64,000 nt of DNA from Candidatus Shapirobacteria bacterium (GTDB taxonomy: Bacteria > Patescibacteriota > Microgenomatia > UBA12405). The translations under genes were made by a program, and so were the position numbers. The stretch is taken from contig JAQWFB010000004.1 in assembly GCA_028704635.1 (NCBI GenBank), positions 2,656-66,655 on the forward strand, in the 5' to 3' direction. The notes under the pieces are model-generated. The model had not been told where the DNA came from. It worked only from the letters and a program-made list of their open reading frames with translations, and did no database searches. Shown here piece by piece: positions 20,218 to 29,414 of the stretch (the first letter of the stretch is position 1; each line of letters opens with the position of its first letter).

Positions 20218-20907
20218 TTAGCCTAAAAGGCCTTTGTTGAATGCCACCAAAGTTTTGGCAAACGCCGAAGTGGCGATTTCATCTTTGCTTTCCATGGCGT
20301 CCATAACCGGAACAAAAACCAATTTTGACAATCTTTCGATCTCTGGAATATTACCGGCAGGGAGACATATTTTACCGTCAACAGTATGCAGTTTTTCCCA
20401 ATCAATCGGAAGCGCGAAAAATGTTTGAGGCCAATTATCAGTAGTATTCTTCAACCAAAAAGCACGGTTGCAAGTACCAACACCAACTTCAATCATTTTG
20501 TCAACGTAAATTCCGGCTTCTTCCAAAGTTGCCCTTTTGGCCGCATCTTCTGGTGTTTCGTTTCCAATTGCAAATCCACCAGGAGGAGTAAATAGTAATT
20601 CGCCGTCATTGACTAGTAACCTTCTTTCATAGCCGCCGGCCACAAATAATTCTCCCTTTGGAGAAATGGCATAAGGAACCATAACAGCGCCGCCATTTTC
20701 TCTAAATGCCCATTGACCATACTGGCCATTCCACCCGAAAATCAATTCACCGAATTTCGAAACGATTTTCATAAAATTGATTCTCTTAATAGAGACTACT
20801 GGTCCTGTCACTTTTTTACCGTTTTCGTCGACTACAGTCGCAACACCAACAAAATTATGACAATTCCAACCCAATTCCTTGTCTTCCGGTACATTTAATA
20901 AATTCAT
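20218..20907 (-). CDS. Nudix-fold hydrolase with degenerate Nudix box
   Basis: PPGGFAIGNETPEDAAKRATLEEAGI. SD GAAGGGA before ATG 20907 (GTG 20928 is an alternative start). Confidence 0.75.
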   Translation of the reverse strand: MNLLNVPEDKELGWNCHNFVGVATVVDENGKKVTGPVVSIKRINFMKIVSKFGELIFGWNGQYGQWAFRENGGAVMVPYAISPKGELFVAGGYERRLLVNDGELLFTPPGGFAIGNETPEDAAKRATLEEAGIYVDKMIEVGVGTCNRAFWLKNTTDNWPQTFFALPIDWEKLHTVDGKICLPAGNIPEIERLSKLVFVPVMDAMESKDEIATSAFAKTLVAFNKGLLG

Positions 20908-20936
20908 TCTATTCCCTTCTTTCTCCACTTTTCATC

Positions 20937-20992
20937 TTTTGATGAACGGGAATCTGTCTCCCAAACAGGGGACACATTTCCGTTCATCAAAA
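20937..20992. repeat. 25-bp imperfect inverted repeat in the Nudix 5' leader
   Basis: TTTTGATGAACGGGAATCTGTCTCC-N6-GGGGACACATTTCCGTTCATCAAAA, 22/25 Watson-Crick. Confidence 0.85.
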
Positions 20993-21027
20993 ATTAATTC
21001 AACAATCTGATTTTAAAAGAACAGGGA

Positions 21028-21056
21028 ATTGTATCCTATAATATCAATTTTGTCAA
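21028..21056 (-). promoter_or_regulatory. Consensus sigma70 promoter for the Nudix gene
   Basis: Minus strand TTGACA-N17-TACAAT. Confidence 0.7.
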
Positions 21057-21072
21057 TAAATTAAACCTAAAC

Positions 21073-21101
21073 TTGCATTAATAACCCTGATTGCATAAAA
21101 T
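21073..21101 (+). promoter_or_regulatory. sigma70-type promoter for rmlBCD
   Basis: TTGCAT-N17-TAAAAT, 9 nt before the ATG. Confidence 0.55.
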
Positions 21102-21110
21102 GGGTTTACT

Positions 21111-22124
21111 ATGAAAATTCTAATCACAGGTGGTTTAGGTTTTATTGGTTCAAATTTTATTCGTTATTGGCTTCAACAACATCCCAATGATGAGATAATT
21201 AATCTTGACAAAGTCACTTATGCAGCCAATTTCAAAAGCATGGTTGATGTCGAAAGCAACCTTAATTATAGTTTTGTTCGTGGTGACATTGGTGATGCCC
21301 AATTAGTCGATAAGATCATGGCTCAAGGAATTGAAACCATTGTCCATTTTGCTGCTGAATCTCATGTTGATCGATCTATTGATGATCCCTCTCTTTTTGT
21401 TAAAACCAATGTTTTAGGTACTTATGTTTTATTAAATGCTGCCGCTAAATACGGCGTTAAAAGATTTCATCATATCTCCACTGACGAGGTTTTCGGTTCC
21501 ATCGACTTTGGTTCTAAAAAACAATTTAGCGAAAACACGCCTTACGATCCATCTAGTCCATACTCTGCCTCAAAAGCCTCATCTGACCATTTAGTCCGAT
21601 CTTTTTATAAAACTTTTGGCTTACCCATCACTATCAGCAACTGTTCTAATAATTATGGTCCTTATCAACATCCCGAAAAAATGATTCCTCGGTCCATCAC
21701 CAATCTTTTAACCGGTCAAAAAATTAAAGTCTATGGTAAAGGTTTAAATTTCCGCGATTGGCTTCATGTTGAAGATCATTGTTCCGCCATTGAGGCCATC
21801 TTATTAAAAGGAAAAATCGGTGAAACTTATTGCGTTGGCGGTCTTAAAAAAGGTACTAGCAATATCGATCTAGTTAAAACCATTTTAGAGATAATGGGCA
21901 AAACCGAAAAAGATATTGAATATGTTGCCGATCGTCCTGCCCACGACAATTATGCCGTCAGTTGGGACAAAATTAGTAAAGAATTAGGTTGGAAACCAAA
22001 ATATGATTTAGAATCAGGCCTAGAACAAACCATTAAATGGTACACCGAAAATCAAGATTGGTATCAAGATACTAAACGTGAAGCTGAAGAATTTTATATT
22101 AAATTAAACAAAATTAAAAAATAA
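21111..22124 (+). CDS. rmlB: dTDP-glucose 4,6-dehydratase
   Basis: ITGGLGFIGSNF, HFAAESHVDRSI, ISTDEVFG, YSASKASSD, NCSNNYGPYQHPEK. Confidence 0.97.
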   Translation: MKILITGGLGFIGSNFIRYWLQQHPNDEIINLDKVTYAANFKSMVDVESNLNYSFVRGDIGDAQLVDKIMAQGIETIVHFAAESHVDRSIDDPSLFVKTNVLGTYVLLNAAAKYGVKRFHHISTDEVFGSIDFGSKKQFSENTPYDPSSPYSASKASSDHLVRSFYKTFGLPITISNCSNNYGPYQHPEKMIPRSITNLLTGQKIKVYGKGLNFRDWLHVEDHCSAIEAILLKGKIGETYCVGGLKKGTSNIDLVKTILEIMGKTEKDIEYVADRPAHDNYAVSWDKISKELGWKPKYDLESGLEQTIKWYTENQDWYQDTKREAEEFYIKLNKIKK

Positions 22125-22681
22125 TGCCAAATTTTCTCAAAACCAAAATCGAAGGCCTGGCTATTATTGAACCCTCCGTTTTTCCCGACGACCGTGGTTT
22201 TTTTATGGAAAGCTACAATCAAAAAGTTTTTGTTGAGAATGGCATTGATGTCAACTTTATTCAAGACAATCACTCTCGGTCCACCAAAGGCGTCTTGCGT
22301 GGACTTCATTTTCAAAAACCACCTTTTGCTCAAGATAAACTAGTTCGTTGCACCCGAGGTGAAGTTTTAGATGTCGCTGTTGATATTCGTAAAGATTCCC
22401 CAACCTTCGGCCAATACGAAGCTGTGCTTTTAACTGAAGAAAATAAAAAAATGTTTTTTATTCCCAAAGGTTTTGCTCATGCCTTTTTAGTTCTTTCTGA
22501 GGTTGCTGATTTTCAATATAAATGCAGTGAATTTTATAATAAAGAATCAGAAGGCGGCCTTCTATGGAACGATCCAGAAATTAATATTGATTGGCCCAAA
22601 TTAGATGTCGAGTTAATTTTATCTGAAAAAGACAAACTCTGGCCAAAATTAGAAGAAATTAAAAATAATCCTATTTTTTAA
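22124..22681 (+). CDS. rmlC: dTDP-4-dehydrorhamnose 3,5-epimerase
   Basis: DDRGFFMESY, QDNHSRSTKGVLRGLHFQ, GFAHAF. Confidence 0.97.
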   Translation: MPNFLKTKIEGLAIIEPSVFPDDRGFFMESYNQKVFVENGIDVNFIQDNHSRSTKGVLRGLHFQKPPFAQDKLVRCTRGEVLDVAVDIRKDSPTFGQYEAVLLTEENKKMFFIPKGFAHAFLVLSEVADFQYKCSEFYNKESEGGLLWNDPEINIDWPKLDVELILSEKDKLWPKLEEIKNNPIF

Positions 22682-22683
22682 AT

Positions 22684-23580
22684 ATGCAAAAAATCATTGG
22701 CACCGGCTTATCCGGTTTAGTTGGCAGTCGTATTGTTGAATTATTAAAAGACAAATTTGAATTTGTCGATTTTTCTCTCGACAGTGGTGTTAATCTTTTA
22801 GATCAACAAAGTCTAGCTGATGCTTTCGAAAAAAATAAAGATGCCGTTGCTGTTTTACATATGGCTGCTTTCACCGACACTAATGCTGCTTGGGAGCAAA
22901 AAGGGGACAAGTCTGGAATTTGTTATCAACTCAATGTTGAAGGCACCAGAAGTATTTTAAATTTAGCCCAAAAATACAATCAATATTTAATTTATATTTC
23001 CACCGATTTTGTATTTGATGGTACCAAGACCACTCCTTATCTTGAAACCGACACTCCCAATCCCATTGAATGGTACGGCGAAACCAAATATCTTGGTGAA
23101 AAAGTAATTACGGATTCTGGTTATACCAACTATAATATCTCCCGTATTACTTACCCCTATCGTGCTGAATACGACAAAAAAATTGATATTATTCGCAAAG
23201 TTTTGACAAAGCTTCAAAATAACGAACCAGTCAAAATGTTTTCTGATCAAATTTGTACTTATACTTTTATTGATGATATCGCCCAAGCTTTAGAATATTT
23301 TCTAGAAAACAAAACTACTGGAATCTATCATTTAGTCGGTTCTTCCTCTCACTCCCCTTATGAAATGTGCCTAGAAATCGCTAAAGCTTTCAATTTAAAT
23401 AAAGATTTAATTTCTGCCAGCAGTTTAGAAGAATATCTAAAATCGCAACCAGTTGGCAGTCGCCCTTGGCAAAAAACCTTAATCACTTCCAATCAAAAAG
23501 CCACCAACATTGGACTAAAATTCAAAACTCTACCAGAAGGCTTAGAAGAAATTAAAAAACAAATAAACTATGGAAAATAG
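22684..23580 (+). CDS. rmlD: dTDP-4-dehydrorhamnose reductase
   Basis: TGLSGLVG, AAFTD, YISTDFVFDG, YGETK; lies after rmlC. Confidence 0.9.
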   Translation: MQKIIGTGLSGLVGSRIVELLKDKFEFVDFSLDSGVNLLDQQSLADAFEKNKDAVAVLHMAAFTDTNAAWEQKGDKSGICYQLNVEGTRSILNLAQKYNQYLIYISTDFVFDGTKTTPYLETDTPNPIEWYGETKYLGEKVITDSGYTNYNISRITYPYRAEYDKKIDIIRKVLTKLQNNEPVKMFSDQICTYTFIDDIAQALEYFLENKTTGIYHLVGSSSHSPYEMCLEIAKAFNLNKDLISASSLEEYLKSQPVGSRPWQKTLITSNQKATNIGLKFKTLPEGLEEIKKQINYGK

Positions 23581-24319
23581 TGGAGAATTTAGTCCACAAA
23601 TTCCTAGAGAAATTTTATCCAACAAACAAGATAAGTGGCTAAATTTATTAGGAGAAGATACTCGAAAGAGGGGCTATGAATCAATGGGTGGAAACACAGA
23701 ATCTATTTATGAACCGAAACCCCGTAGTTTAGTCGACAAAAATGGTTTTTCTTGTGTCAGTTCAGATTATTTTAAAGAAACTTTGATTACTCCTATTCGC
23801 GAAAAAAAATCAACCGAAATGGTTGTTCCTTTAAATAAAATAATTGCCCTAGACACCACCGAAAAACCTGGAAGGATGAATAATAATTCTACTCGTTTAC
23901 CTTGGGAAATAGATAGCCACACCAGTGTGGAAGAATTTAGAAGACTAATTAAAGAAAATAAATTTGATTTCAATGATGCTAGCGGCCTTTATGGTTTAGA
24001 ATTACCAGGTGGTTATTTTTTAGCTACAGGTGGTCGACATCGATTAACCGCTATGTTTTTAGAAAATGTTTCAGAAGTCAAACTTCAAGTAAATAAAATT
24101 AAAGATCCAAAAGAATTTGAATTTACCGAACATTATCATGAACACGATATACAAGAAGGCTTAAATAATGGAAAGATTAAAGGAAAAATCGAAGAAAATT
24201 CAGATCATTCCAAAAAATTAGTTCTAGAAGAACCCTTAAAGAATCCACTTCAACTTTTTGATTATCGGGTTTCAGATGAATTACTTGATGTTTTGGCTCA
24301 AACTTTATCTACCAGTTAA
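23570..24319 (+). CDS. Hypothetical protein with ParB/Srx-like motif
   Basis: YFLATGGRHRLTAMFLENVSEVKLQV resembles the ParB-N GxHR motif. Confidence 0.5.
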   Translation: MENSGEFSPQIPREILSNKQDKWLNLLGEDTRKRGYESMGGNTESIYEPKPRSLVDKNGFSCVSSDYFKETLITPIREKKSTEMVVPLNKIIALDTTEKPGRMNNNSTRLPWEIDSHTSVEEFRRLIKENKFDFNDASGLYGLELPGGYFLATGGRHRLTAMFLENVSEVKLQVNKIKDPKEFEFTEHYHEHDIQEGLNNGKIKGKIEENSDHSKKLVLEEPLKNPLQLFDYRVSDELLDVLAQTLSTS

Positions 24320-25513
24320 GTCTTTTTCAATCATTTTTACCAACTTTCTTGCCTCTTTTACTGCAAAATTAATTCCCCTGTCTTCCGGGTAAATCTGAGC
24401 AAAATTTAACCGATATGTTTTTTCTCCCACTTTATAACTTGGAACTTTATATTTTCGACCGACTATATGTTGGGCGTTTTTAAATTTAAAAATCTTTTTC
24501 TCTAAAACCTGTTTTTCGTCAAATTCCGGTTTAATTTTTTTTAAATAATCAAACCATTCTCTTTCAATTTTTTCATCAGAAATCTTAAAATATTCATGGT
24601 CTTGTGGCACATAGGTTCCCAAATAATAAATATTTTTTCCATTATATCCGCCATTTTTTAATAAATTATTATGTTGCACCATCACCAAAAAAGGGGATTT
24701 TAAATCATTAATATTATGCCAATAATATTCACTAAGACTCTGATTTGAAGAAAAAACCAAATCCACCGCTCCAATATAATCAATATTTTTAATCGGTCGA
24801 GTATCAATCACCAAGTCAAACTTTTTTTCTAATTCTTTTATATTGACAATTTCTTTATTAATAATTTTTACTTTTTCTTTTAATTTATTAATAATTTGAA
24901 TAAAACCATCGTCAAGGTACCCCAACACCTCTTCTCCTTTTTCATTAGTCGATCCACCCCGAGTATGAATTCTCGCCCACAACCAAGCCATGGAAACTTT
25001 TTGATAGTATTCATGGAATTTTCCTTTTAAAAGTGGTTTCCAAATTACTTCATATGCCTTTTTTCCTGCCCATTTTTCCATCCACTCTGCCGCTGTGATG
25101 TTTTCATATTTTTTCCAAGCCCCATCAAATTTGAGCCATAAATAAACCAAGCCGAGTCTAAATTTATCAATTAATCCCAATCCTCTAAATTTCAATAAAT
25201 CAATTGCGCCTAAAAATGGGTACATTTTTCCATCATAATAAAGTCCAATCGAACTTTTATGCCACTTAAGTTTGTTTTGTAGACCTAATTCCTCAATCAA
25301 ATCAATTACTTCTTTATCGGTTTTAAAAATATGATGATAAACCTTTTCCAAATTTTCTCCCTCTATTTTAAAATCCGCCAACAATCCACCAATTTCTTTT
25401 TCTTTCTCAAAAACAGTTACTTCATATCCCTTTTTAATTAACTCATATCCAACCACTAATCCGCCTATTCCACCACCAATAATCGCTATTTTTTTGTTGT
25501 TCAACTTCGCCAC
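24305..25513 (-). CDS. FAD-dependent oxidoreductase (amine oxidase/HemY-like superfamily)
   Basis: IAIIGGGIGGL..VFEKE..GGL, YHHIF, QIYPEDRGINFAV. Confidence 0.85.
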   Translation of the reverse strand: MAKLNNKKIAIIGGGIGGLVVGYELIKKGYEVTVFEKEKEIGGLLADFKIEGENLEKVYHHIFKTDKEVIDLIEELGLQNKLKWHKSSIGLYYDGKMYPFLGAIDLLKFRGLGLIDKFRLGLVYLWLKFDGAWKKYENITAAEWMEKWAGKKAYEVIWKPLLKGKFHEYYQKVSMAWLWARIHTRGGSTNEKGEEVLGYLDDGFIQIINKLKEKVKIINKEIVNIKELEKKFDLVIDTRPIKNIDYIGAVDLVFSSNQSLSEYYWHNINDLKSPFLVMVQHNNLLKNGGYNGKNIYYLGTYVPQDHEYFKISDEKIEREWFDYLKKIKPEFDEKQVLEKKIFKFKNAQHIVGRKYKVPSYKVGEKTYRLNFAQIYPEDRGINFAVKEARKLVKMIEKDLTGR

Positions 25514-25585
25514 TTCTTATGGTATCATAATCCCATCCGCTGTTGCTTGAAGTGCAACAGTTTTTATTATCATTTATTATAAATA

Positions 25586-27688
25586 ATGGCTGAACAAATT
25601 AAACTTACCAAAAATCGTGATGTAACTATGGATAAAGTCCGAAACATCGGAATTATTGCCCACATCGACGGTGGAAAAACTACCACCACTGAGCGTCTTC
25701 TTTTTTATACCGGAAAAATCCACAAAATTGGTTCCGTTGATTCTGGAACCACCACTACCGATTCTATGGTTCAAGAAAAAGAGAGAGGAATTACTATTCA
25801 ATCTGCTTGTGTCACTACTTTTTGGAAAGATTATCGTTTAAATATTATCGACACTCCTGGACACGTCGATTTCACAGCTGAAGTTGAGAGATCACTTCGT
25901 GTTCTTGATGGTGCTATTATGATTTTTGATGGAAATGCCGGTGTTCAGGCACAATCTGAAACTGTTTGGCGACAAGCTGACAAATATGGCGTCCCGAGGA
26001 TAGCTTTTGTTAATAAAATGGATAAAATCGGAGCTTCCTTCCAAGGTACTCTCAATAGTATTAATGAGAAATTAAAAGCACCAATCGTTCCAGTCGTTAT
26101 TCCTGTTGGTGAGGAACATGATTTCATGGGTATCATCGATTTGATGAATATGGAAATGGTTGTCTATGATAAAGACGAAGAAGGCATGGAATTTACTCGA
26201 AAACCTGTCACTGATGAATATAAAGAAAAAGCTCTCAAGGCTCGAGCTGAAATGGTCGAAAAAATTGCCGGTGAAGACGAAGTCTTAATGGAAAAATTTT
26301 TAAACGACGAAGAAATTTCTATTCAAGAATTAAAAGCCACCTTAAGAAAAGCCACTATTGATAGAAGACTTTTCCCAGTTTATTGTGGTGCTGCTTGGAG
26401 AAACAAAGGTATTCATCCAATTCTTGATGGTATCGTCGATTATCTTCCATCCCCATTAGATCTGCCTCCAATCGAAGGTTACAACCCAGAAAACAATGAT
26501 CCCATTTTTAGAAAACCTATTAAAACAGAACCATTATCAGCTCTTCTTTTTAAAGTTCAGTCCGATCCCCATGTTGGAACTTTATCCTATGTTAGGGTAT
26601 ATTCCGGTACTTTAAAAGCTGGATCAGAAGTCTATAACACTACCAAAGGTAAAAGTGAACGCATTGGTCGTTTACTTTTAATGCATGCCGATAAAAGAGA
26701 GGGTCTTGAAGAAGGTTTTGCTGGTGAAATCGTTGCCTGTATTGGTTTGAAAGAATCTACTACCGGCGACACTCTTTGCGATTCAAATCATATTATTTCT
26801 TTGTCCCCAATTCAATTTTCTGAACCAGTTATTTCTTTATCTATCGAGCCAGCCACTGCTGATGATCAAGAAAAAATGGGTTCTGCTCTCAATCGTTTAG
26901 CTATTGAAGATCCAACTTTCAGAGTTAGTTACAACCAAGAAACAGGTCAAACCATTGTTGCTGGTATGGGTGAACTTTATCTTGAAATTATTGTTGATCG
27001 TCTTAAAAGAGAATTCGGTGTTAATGTTAAAACTGGTGCCCCTCAGGTCGCCTACCGCGAAACTATTTCTGGTCCAGCTGATGGTGAAGGTAAATACATT
27101 CACCAATCTGGTGGTCACGGTCAATATGGTCACTGTAAAATTAAAGTTGAACCAAAAGAAAGAGGTGAGGGTTATGAATTCGTCAATGCTGTCAAAGGCG
27201 GAGCTATTCCAGCTAACTTTATTCCTGCTATTGAAAAAGGTGTTAAAGAAACCCTTCAAAAGGGTATCATTGCTGGTTTCCCCGCCACCGATATTAAAGT
27301 CACTGTCTACGATGGAACTTACCATGAGGTCGATTCTTCTGAAATGGCATTCAAATTGGCTGGGTCATACGCTATTAAAGATGCTTTTGCTGCCGCAAAG
27401 CCTTTAATTATCGAACCAATCATGAAATTTGAAGTTAATATTCCATCGGAATTTTTAGGAACCGTTATAGGCGATCTTTCTTCTCGTCGTGGTCAAATCA
27501 ATGGTACTGAAGATAGTCATGGTTTTAGCACTATCCATGCCTTTGTTCCTCTTGAAGCCATTGGTGGTTATGCCACCGTTATTCGAAGCTTAACCCAAGG
27601 CCGAGGATCATTTTATATGGAACCATGTCGCTACGACCCAGTTCCTCGTGATATTCAAGAAAAACTAACCACCAAAACCAACGGTTAA
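25586..27688 (+). CDS. fusA: Elongation factor G
   Basis: RNIGIIAHIDGGKTT, ERGITI, DTPGHVDF, NKMD, QSGGHGQYGH, HEVDSSEMAF. Confidence 0.98.
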   Translation: MAEQIKLTKNRDVTMDKVRNIGIIAHIDGGKTTTTERLLFYTGKIHKIGSVDSGTTTTDSMVQEKERGITIQSACVTTFWKDYRLNIIDTPGHVDFTAEVERSLRVLDGAIMIFDGNAGVQAQSETVWRQADKYGVPRIAFVNKMDKIGASFQGTLNSINEKLKAPIVPVVIPVGEEHDFMGIIDLMNMEMVVYDKDEEGMEFTRKPVTDEYKEKALKARAEMVEKIAGEDEVLMEKFLNDEEISIQELKATLRKATIDRRLFPVYCGAAWRNKGIHPILDGIVDYLPSPLDLPPIEGYNPENNDPIFRKPIKTEPLSALLFKVQSDPHVGTLSYVRVYSGTLKAGSEVYNTTKGKSERIGRLLLMHADKREGLEEGFAGEIVACIGLKESTTGDTLCDSNHIISLSPIQFSEPVISLSIEPATADDQEKMGSALNRLAIEDPTFRVSYNQETGQTIVAGMGELYLEIIVDRLKREFGVNVKTGAPQVAYRETISGPADGEGKYIHQSGGHGQYGHCKIKVEPKERGEGYEFVNAVKGGAIPANFIPAIEKGVKETLQKGIIAGFPATDIKVTVYDGTYHEVDSSEMAFKLAGSYAIKDAFAAAKPLIIEPIMKFEVNIPSEFLGTVIGDLSSRRGQINGTEDSHGFSTIHAFVPLEAIGGYATVIRSLTQGRGSFYMEPCRYDPVPRDIQEKLTTKTNG

Positions 27689-27708
27689 TTAAATTTTAAT
27701 CTTTAATT

Positions 27709-27736
27709 AAATACCCCGCGTTGGCGGGGTATTTTT
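27709..27736 (+). terminator. Intrinsic terminator after fusA
   Basis: AAATACCCCGC-GTTG-GCGGGGTATTTTT. Confidence 0.85.
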
Positions 27737-27811
27737 ATGCTAAAATTTTACTTAACTCTATTTTAGATAAATTTTTTCTAAAAAAGGCATTAAATTGCTC
27801 ATTTTTGTATG

Positions 27812-27840
27812 TTGCAAAGGCTCAGTCAAGCTGATACAAT
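27812..27840 (+). promoter_or_regulatory. Promoter for the tuf-S10 operon
   Basis: TTGCAA-N17-TACAAT with extended TG. AAGGAG SD before tuf. Confidence 0.65.
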
Positions 27841-27919
27841 CTAAAAGCATTTTAATCTAAAATTATTAATTCAATTTCGTCTTAAAAGAAGACAACAAAT
27901 TAAAAAAAAGGAGAAAAAC

Positions 27920-29095
27920 ATGGCAGCAGAAACTTATAAAAGAAATAAACCACACGTTAACGTCGGTACTATTGGTCACGTCGATCATGGTAAAACTACT
28001 TTAACCGCCGCTATTTCAGCAATTCAAGGTGGTGGAAAATCTTACGCAGATATCGCTAAAGGCGGTACCGTTCGTGATGCTTCTAAAATCGTTACCATCG
28101 CTATTTCTCATATTGAATACGAAACAGAGAAAAGACATTATGCCCACATCGATTGTCCAGGACACGCTGATTATGTCAAAAACATGATCACTGGCGCCGC
28201 TCAAATGGATGGAGCCATTCTCGTCGTTTCTGCACCAGACGGTCCAATGCCACAAACTCGTGAACACGTTTTGTTAGCTAATCAAGTCAACGTTCCAAAA
28301 TTGGTCGTTTTCTTAAATAAATGTGATCTTGTTACTGATCCTGAATTCTTAGACTTAGTCGAAATGGAAGTTCGTGATTTGTTAACCAAATACGGTTTCC
28401 CAGGTGATGAAACTCCAATTATTCGAGGTTCTGCTCTTAAAGCTCTTAATGGTGAACCAGAAGGTGTTGAAGCTATTAAAAAATTAATGGATGCTCTCGA
28501 TACTTATATCGACGAACCTGTCCGTGAATTAGACCAACCTTTCTTAATGCCAATTGAAGACGTTTTCTCAATCAAAGGTCGAGGAACCGTTGCTACTGGT
28601 AGAATCGAAAAAGGTATTATCAAAGTCAACGAGGAAATTGAAATCGTTGGTTTAAGAGATACTCGAAAAGCCATCGTTACCGGTGTGGAAATGTTCCACA
28701 AATTACTTGATCAAGGTCAAGCTGGTGATAATGTCGGTTTATTGCTCCGCGGTATTGAAAAAAATGACATCGAAAGGGGTCAAGTTTTAGCTAAACCAGG
28801 TTCAATTAAACCACACACCGAATTCAAAGCCGAAGTTCTTTTACTTAAAAAAGAAGAAGGTGGACGTCACACTCCAATCTTCAGTGGTTATCGCCCACAA
28901 GTTTTCATCAGAACTACTGATGTAACCGGTGACCTTACTTTACCAGAAGGTACTGAAATGGTCATGCCAGGCGACAACACTAATGTTGTTATTAAATTAA
29001 TCAAACCTGTTGCTATGCAACCAGGCCAAAGATTTGCTATCCGTGAAGGTGGCTTAACCGTTGGTGCCGGTGCTATCACAGAAATTATTAAATAA
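27920..29095 (+). CDS. tuf: Elongation factor Tu with atypical switch I
   Basis: [45 protein letters not shown]. Confidence 0.98.
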   Translation: MAAETYKRNKPHVNVGTIGHVDHGKTTLTAAISAIQGGGKSYADIAKGGTVRDASKIVTIAISHIEYETEKRHYAHIDCPGHADYVKNMITGAAQMDGAILVVSAPDGPMPQTREHVLLANQVNVPKLVVFLNKCDLVTDPEFLDLVEMEVRDLLTKYGFPGDETPIIRGSALKALNGEPEGVEAIKKLMDALDTYIDEPVRELDQPFLMPIEDVFSIKGRGTVATGRIEKGIIKVNEEIEIVGLRDTRKAIVTGVEMFHKLLDQGQAGDNVGLLLRGIEKNDIERGQVLAKPGSIKPHTEFKAEVLLLKKEEGGRHTPIFSGYRPQVFIRTTDVTGDLTLPEGTEMVMPGDNTNVVIKLIKPVAMQPGQRFAIREGGLTVGAGAITEIIK

Positions 29096-29100
29096 AATTT

Positions 29101-29412
29101 ATGACCAAAGGTAACCACATCAGAATCCGATTAAAATCCTTCGATCATCGTATCATCGATGAAGCAGCCATTAAAATCGTCGAGACTGTGGTTACCGCTG
29201 GTGCTCAGGTACAAGGACCAATTCCTTTACCAACTGAGAAAAAAACCATTGTTGTTCTAACTAGTCCTCATACCGATAAAAACGCCCGTGAGCATTTCCA
29301 AATTCTCACTCACAAGCGTCTTATTGATATTTCGAACACCAGTCTTCGAACTGTAGACAGTCTCCAACATTTAGATTTACCATCAGGAGTGGAAATAGAA
29401 GTTAAAATGTAA
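29101..29412 (+). CDS. rpsJ: 30S ribosomal protein uS10
   Basis: [25 protein letters not shown]. Confidence 0.97.
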   Translation: MTKGNHIRIRLKSFDHRIIDEAAIKIVETVVTAGAQVQGPIPLPTEKKTIVVLTSPHTDKNAREHFQILTHKRLIDISNTSLRTVDSLQHLDLPSGVEIEVKM

Positions 29413-29414
29413 TT

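Noticed and set aside
17840-25585. Prophage, IS or integrative element in the str-operon interruption
   Set aside because: No integrase, transposase, phage genes or flanking direct repeats were seen.
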